A program made the position numbers and the translations under genes. 39,045 nt of DNA from Guillardia theta CCMP2712 (lineage: Eukaryota > Protista > Cryptophyta), in the NCBI RefSeq assembly GCF_000315625.1, contig NW_005434568.1:218360-257404 (forward strand), in the 5' to 3' direction. The notes under the pieces are model-generated. The model searched no databases. It worked only from the letters and a program-made list of their open reading frames with translations, and was not told the DNA's origin. How positions within the stretch are numbered: the stretch's first letter is position 1; each line of letters opens with the position of its first letter. Positions 35,218 to 39,045 of this stretch are shown here, piece by piece.

Positions 35218-37392
35218 TTGTATACTTCAAATAGCTTTCTAAGTATGGTTCTTCAGTATGATGAAAATGTTCGCAACCTGCTGTATCGGAGATCATGCCA
35301 ATACACGCAGAGCGGACTTGTGGATGCCTCTGTCCTCGAAGCTGATCTCGTCGAGAGGGTGAAGAGCTTCGCGAAGCGTTATCCGAACAGCAGGACAGCC
35401 CAGGCTTGCAAGGCTGTGGAGGGATGCACCCCCGACGCTATCGCAGAAGCCATCCGCTCGACATGTCAGCAGGCACGACGTGAGCTTCTGCAAGAAGCGA
35501 TGACTGGATGGAGTGACGCATCCAGAGAGTGGTTTATGCAGCAGATTGAAGAAGCCAAGAAGGAGAAGGTCGAGACATACACCGCCTCAGCAGGCAACGA
35601 GGTGACTTCCTTCATCTCCATGACTCTCCTGGGCATCTCCTCGGTGTATGTCAACCATGAAGAAAAGCTGAAGAAGAAATTTGAAGAGATCGGACTGATC
35701 GTAGACTCAGTGCAAGAGAGTAAAGCAATCATGTGGAAGGCTCCGTATAGACCCGAGATAGCGAGTGCTGAGGAGATCCCGGTGACTGTTTCCTTCCTCC
35801 GCAATGCACAAGCGGAGAAGCTCTGGCAGGGAAGAGAGGACTTCGCGATCGATGGTCGCAAGTTCACAGCTGTACATGTGAGCATCGTGCACGATCGATC
35901 TTTCAAGATTCGAGCCAAGAGAGGACCCTGGGGCAAAGGGGGCAGCTTGGCAGAGCTGACTCACCTGCTAACCTTGGGCGGCATGACAACGGCTGAGATA
36001 GCTGCCGTCTATCGCTATCAGCTGCTGCGCCAGTCCCTTGCAGCGGTCCAACTCCAGCCGCTGGCAGGCATGCTGGTCGCTGGGGCGCCAGGACAGCAAG
36101 TCCACAAAGGCTTAGGTCAGAAAGGCTTCATCGCTGTAGGGGCCAACGTCATCTGGAGACAGAGGGAGGTGGAGTGGATCGTCTCCTCGAGCTGCCCAGA
36201 GGCGAATGATACAGCATTTCGAGCTTTCCGAGAGAGCGAAGCGATGGAGGGAGTACACCTGACTCTGTTCAGCGAGGACCCGAAGATCAGAGAGGCGCTC
36301 GCAGTCGAGTTGACAGCTGATCGCTTTGTGTCCAGAAATAAGTTGAAGAAGGCATCAAGGATGCAGAAGAAGGCAGGCGGCAAGGACGGCAAGGAGATCA
36401 AGATCATCATCAAGTCGACGGCGGCATCTGGTCGCTTCACGAGGAAGGAGATGGAGGGGCTGTGCAACGGCGGCAACACGTCTATCGCAAGAGTCAAGAG
36501 AGTCTTGTTGGAGATCGCTAACAGGCTCGAGATCAACGTTGAAGGCATCGACATGGAGGAGGATTTGAACACCAAGTCCTGGAACGGGTCCAAGCTATGC
36601 ATCCTCCTCGGCTCCACGGAGGATGCTCGACGCATGATGAAGGAGCTGCCCTTCTATCTCGAAGGCGCAGCAACCAAGCTCGAAGCAGTCGGCTTCGACA
36701 AGGAGCCTGACTCTGAGGCGGCTGGTCAGCGGGGCACCAGCGACGCAGCGCAGCGACAGGAGGAGAGCGAGGGAGAGTGGCTGGAGTTTACAGACCTGGA
36801 GAGGATCACAATGGAGGCAGCATCTCCGTCAAGCCAAGAGGACATGCAGCTCGTCAGCGAGCTGTCAGCAGTCATCGAAGATGCAGCTTCTTTGAACGAG
36901 GCAGGGACGAGCGAGCCGATCAAGCTGGTCCTGGACAAGGCCGTTGGCAACCTCCACGACACGTTCTACTCTCCGGGGAGCCTGGAGTTCATGGCGCTGG
37001 GAGAGTGGGCGAAGATGCCAGAGGAGCAGGGAGTGGGACGCAACGCGCTCAAGGAGAAGCTGGGGAAGTGGCTGCAGAGCAAGCGCTGGACTCGCGTGCA
37101 AGGAGAGAGCAAGAAGGCAAGGAGGGGCAGCGCGTTCTCGCCACGGGCAACGGCAGCTGCTGAGCTTGAGCAGGAGGCGGAGAGCGACGACATAGAGCGT
37201 CGATCTCTTAGCTTCCTGTTCATCGCACTGAGTAAATTCGCAGAGATGCATGTGCTGGCCTGCTCGCTGAAGGTGGACAAGAAGGACCGACTGCGAGTGG
37301 AGATGAGGGAAGATGGCGAAGAAGAGGAAGACATGGAGGAAGAGCAAGGCGAGGGCGAGGAAGAAGACGGGGCGAGCCCGTACCGAGCTTGA
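35218..37392 (+). CDS. 724-aa ORF of unknown function (putative ORF1/Gag-like), acidic C-terminus
   Basis: Near-identical to 28044-30146. First in-frame ATG at 35245. Confidence 0.72.
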   Translation: MYTSNSFLSMVLQYDENVRNLLYRRSCQYTQSGLVDASVLEADLVERVKSFAKRYPNSRTAQACKAVEGCTPDAIAEAIRSTCQQARRELLQEAMTGWSDASREWFMQQIEEAKKEKVETYTASAGNEVTSFISMTLLGISSVYVNHEEKLKKKFEEIGLIVDSVQESKAIMWKAPYRPEIASAEEIPVTVSFLRNAQAEKLWQGREDFAIDGRKFTAVHVSIVHDRSFKIRAKRGPWGKGGSLAELTHLLTLGGMTTAEIAAVYRYQLLRQSLAAVQLQPLAGMLVAGAPGQQVHKGLGQKGFIAVGANVIWRQREVEWIVSSSCPEANDTAFRAFRESEAMEGVHLTLFSEDPKIREALAVELTADRFVSRNKLKKASRMQKKAGGKDGKEIKIIIKSTAASGRFTRKEMEGLCNGGNTSIARVKRVLLEIANRLEINVEGIDMEEDLNTKSWNGSKLCILLGSTEDARRMMKELPFYLEGAATKLEAVGFDKEPDSEAAGQRGTSDAAQRQEESEGEWLEFTDLERITMEAASPSSQEDMQLVSELSAVIEDAASLNEAGTSEPIKLVLDKAVGNLHDTFYSPGSLEFMALGEWAKMPEEQGVGRNALKEKLGKWLQSKRWTRVQGESKKARRGSAFSPRATAAAELEQEAESDDIERRSLSFLFIALSKFAEMHVLACSLKVDKKDRLRVEMREDGEEEEDMEEEQGEGEEEDGASPYRA

Positions 37393-37424
37393 GCTGAGCT
37401 CAAGGTAAGGAGAGAAGGTAGGAG

Positions 37425-37631
37425 GCGACCGAAGGCCAAGGTGAGGAGAGGCAACTCTCCTGACTGAAGCTGAGGAAGCTGAATGGAGGAGGAGTAGGTG
37501 GCGACCGAAGGCCAAGGTGAGGAGAGGCAACTCTTCTGACTGAGGCTGAGGAAGCTGAATGGAGGTAGAGTAGGTGGTGACCGAAGGCCAAGGTGAGGAG
37601 AGGCAACTCTCCTGACTGAGGCTGAGGAAGC
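37425..37631 (+). repeat. 76-bp tandem repeat x~2.7
   Basis: Units start at 37425, 37501 and 37577. Confidence 0.9.
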
Positions 37632-37809
37632 CAAGAGAAGACAGCAGAAGTAGAGAGTAGAAAGACGCCTCAGAAGCAGGGTTCGCATTGTAGGCCGTGT
37701 ACTCCCAGTGCTCGAGCGCCTCTTTAGACTAGGATCAAATTGCACAAGCCCACAACGAGGCCGAGCAACATTCTAGCATTCTAATAAACTCACATAATAA
37801 TAATAATAA

Positions 37810-37852
37810 TAGGGTTTAGGGTTTAGGGTTTAGGGTTTAGGGTTTAGGGTTT
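37810..37852 (+). repeat. Interstitial telomeric repeat tract 3
   Basis: TAGGG(TTTAGGG)5TTT. Confidence 0.95.
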
Positions 37853-38640
37853 TTCCTGGCAGGTTCCTTATTTCCTGGCAGGTTCCTTATTTCCTGGCAG
37901 GTTCCTTATTTCCTGGCAGGTTCCTTATTTCCTGGCAGGTTCCTTATTTCCTGGCAGGTTCCTTATTTCCTGGCAGGTTCCTTATTTCCTGGCAGGTTCC
38001 TTATTTCCTGGCAGGTTCCTTATTTCCTGGCAGGTTCCTTATTTCCTGGCAGGTTCCTTATTTCCTGGCAGGTTCCTTATTTCCTGGCAGGTTCCTTATT
38101 TCCTGGCAGGTTCCTTATTTCCTGGCAGGTTCCTTATTTCCTGGCAGGTTCCTTATTTCCTGGCAGGTTCCTTATTTCCTGGCAGGTTCCTTATTTCCTG
38201 GCAGGTTCCTTATTTCCTGGCAGGTTCCTTATTTCCTGGCAGGTTCCTTATTTCCTGGCAGGTTCCTTATTTCCTGGCAGGTTCCTTATTTCCTGGCAGG
38301 TTCCTTATTTCCTGGCAGGTTCCTTATTTCCTGGCAGGTTCCTTATTTCCTGGCAGGTTCCTTATTTCCTGGCAGGTTCCTTATTTCCTGGCAGGTTCCT
38401 TATTTCCTGGCAGGTTCCTTATTTCCTGGCAGGTTCCTTATTTCCTGGCAGGTTCCTTATTTCCTGGCAGGTTCCTTATTTCCTGGCAGGTTCCTTATTT
38501 CCTGGCAGGTTCCTTATTTCCTGGCAGGTTCCTTATTTCCTGGCAGGTTCCTTATTTCCTGGCAGGTTCCTTATTTCCTGGCAGGTTCCTTATTTCCTGG
38601 CAGGTTCCTTATTTCCTGGCAGGTTCCTTATTTCCTGGCA
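37852..38640 (+). repeat. Perfect 19-bp tandem array (TTTCCTGGCAGGTTCCTTA)x41 + 10 nt
   Basis: The period is exact (37852+41x19=38631). No variant units were seen. Confidence 0.97.
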
Positions 38641-38709
38641 TGCAGATTTGCGGTACCCCTGCGCTGGTGGAGTAAGAGCCGCCAGGAACGACGGAAGCTT
38701 GGGAAACCA

Positions 38710-39039
38710 TTGAGAATGCTCCGAAGCATGTGGCCAATATCTATTGTGAACCCTGACGAGATCGTGCAGTACCGTACCTCCAGCTACCTCAAGAGGCAGA
38801 CGGAAACTGGAACGATGCCGTCACCAGCTGAGCTTGTGCGACGACTGGATGACTTCGCAAGGCAGAATCCCAAAAGCAGGACGAGCAAAGCTCTGAAAGC
38901 CAAAGAGATATCCTTGGAAGCCTTAGCCGAAGCCATCAGTCACACATGCAGCTTTGCTGAACCTTCACCACTGGAGAGTCTGAAAGGTCTCGGGCAGTGG
39001 GGTGATGATGCCAGGCAGTGGTACCTGTCCGAATTCTAG
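38710..39039 (+). CDS. Divergent homologue of the telomeric-element ORF (copy 3), N-terminal part, probable premature stop
   Basis: LVRRLDDFARQNPKSRTSKALKAK-EISLEALAEAISHTC...GQWGDDARQWYL aligns with LVERVKSFAKRYPNSRTAQACKAVEGCTPDAIAEAIRSTC...TGWSDASREWFM. Confidence 0.7.
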   Translation: MRMLRSMWPISIVNPDEIVQYRTSSYLKRQTETGTMPSPAELVRRLDDFARQNPKSRTSKALKAKEISLEALAEAISHTCSFAEPSPLESLKGLGQWGDDARQWYLSEF

Positions 39040-39045
39040 CAGACA

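Larger units (their letters stand above)
35134..37809 (+). mobile_element. Telomere-repeat-associated element, copy 2 (apparently complete, ~2.68 kb, non-autonomous)
   Basis: Flanked on both sides by TTTAGGG. Contains a single ORF, 76-bp repeats, AATAAA (37783) and a (TAA)5 tail (37795-37809) fused to TAGGGTTTAGGG. Confidence 0.8.

Noticed and set aside
37425-37631. Tandem hammerhead ribozymes (CTGACTGAG / CTGAGGA ... GAA) or tRNA-derived units (76 nt)
   Set aside because: There is no GAAA and no properly placed UH cleavage triplet or stem III. There is no cloverleaf or TTCGA T-loop.
35134-37809. Athena/HeT-A-style terminal retrotransposition
   Set aside because: The sense strand carries the G-rich repeats and the (TAA)n tail is distal, which is the opposite polarity to chromosome-end priming. 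It would remain possible only if the template were the antisense strand.
37852-38640. CRISPR array
   Set aside because: Units are contiguous and identical, with no spacers and no cas genes; the context is eukaryotic.

Overview
Eukaryotic nuclear DNA with many short (~40-55 nt) spliceosomal introns and plant-type TTTAGGG telomeric repeats. This fits a microalga or protist such as a cryptophyte, but the taxon cannot be proven from this window. It reads like a chromosome arm running into a subtelomere, with the G-rich strand on + and the chromosome end to the right. Left (3-12 kb): host genes, namely a Cyc8/Ssn6-type TPR co-repressor, a BTB + pentapeptide + glycine-rich gene, and a single-TM Torsin/LAP1-like AAA+ protein with degenerate Walker motifs. 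Middle (12.6-24.1 kb): a head-to-tail duplication carrying a coiled-coil-repeat + P-loop NTPase + PD-(D/E)xK nuclease (Crinkler/RHS-type) gene, with a P-element transposase relic between the copies. Right (28-39 kb): three copies of an unrecognised element, each preceded by an interstitial (TTTAGGG)n tract. The element has one ~700-aa ORF with no RT, 76-bp 3' repeats and a (TAA)n tail fused to telomere repeats. One tract caps a Ty3/Gypsy element broken in RNase H. The third, highly divergent copy is preceded by 41 perfect copies of a 19-bp unit derived from the element's own 5' end. This telomere-targeted element array is the best candidate for an undescribed system. All homology calls are motif recognition by eye; no searches were run.
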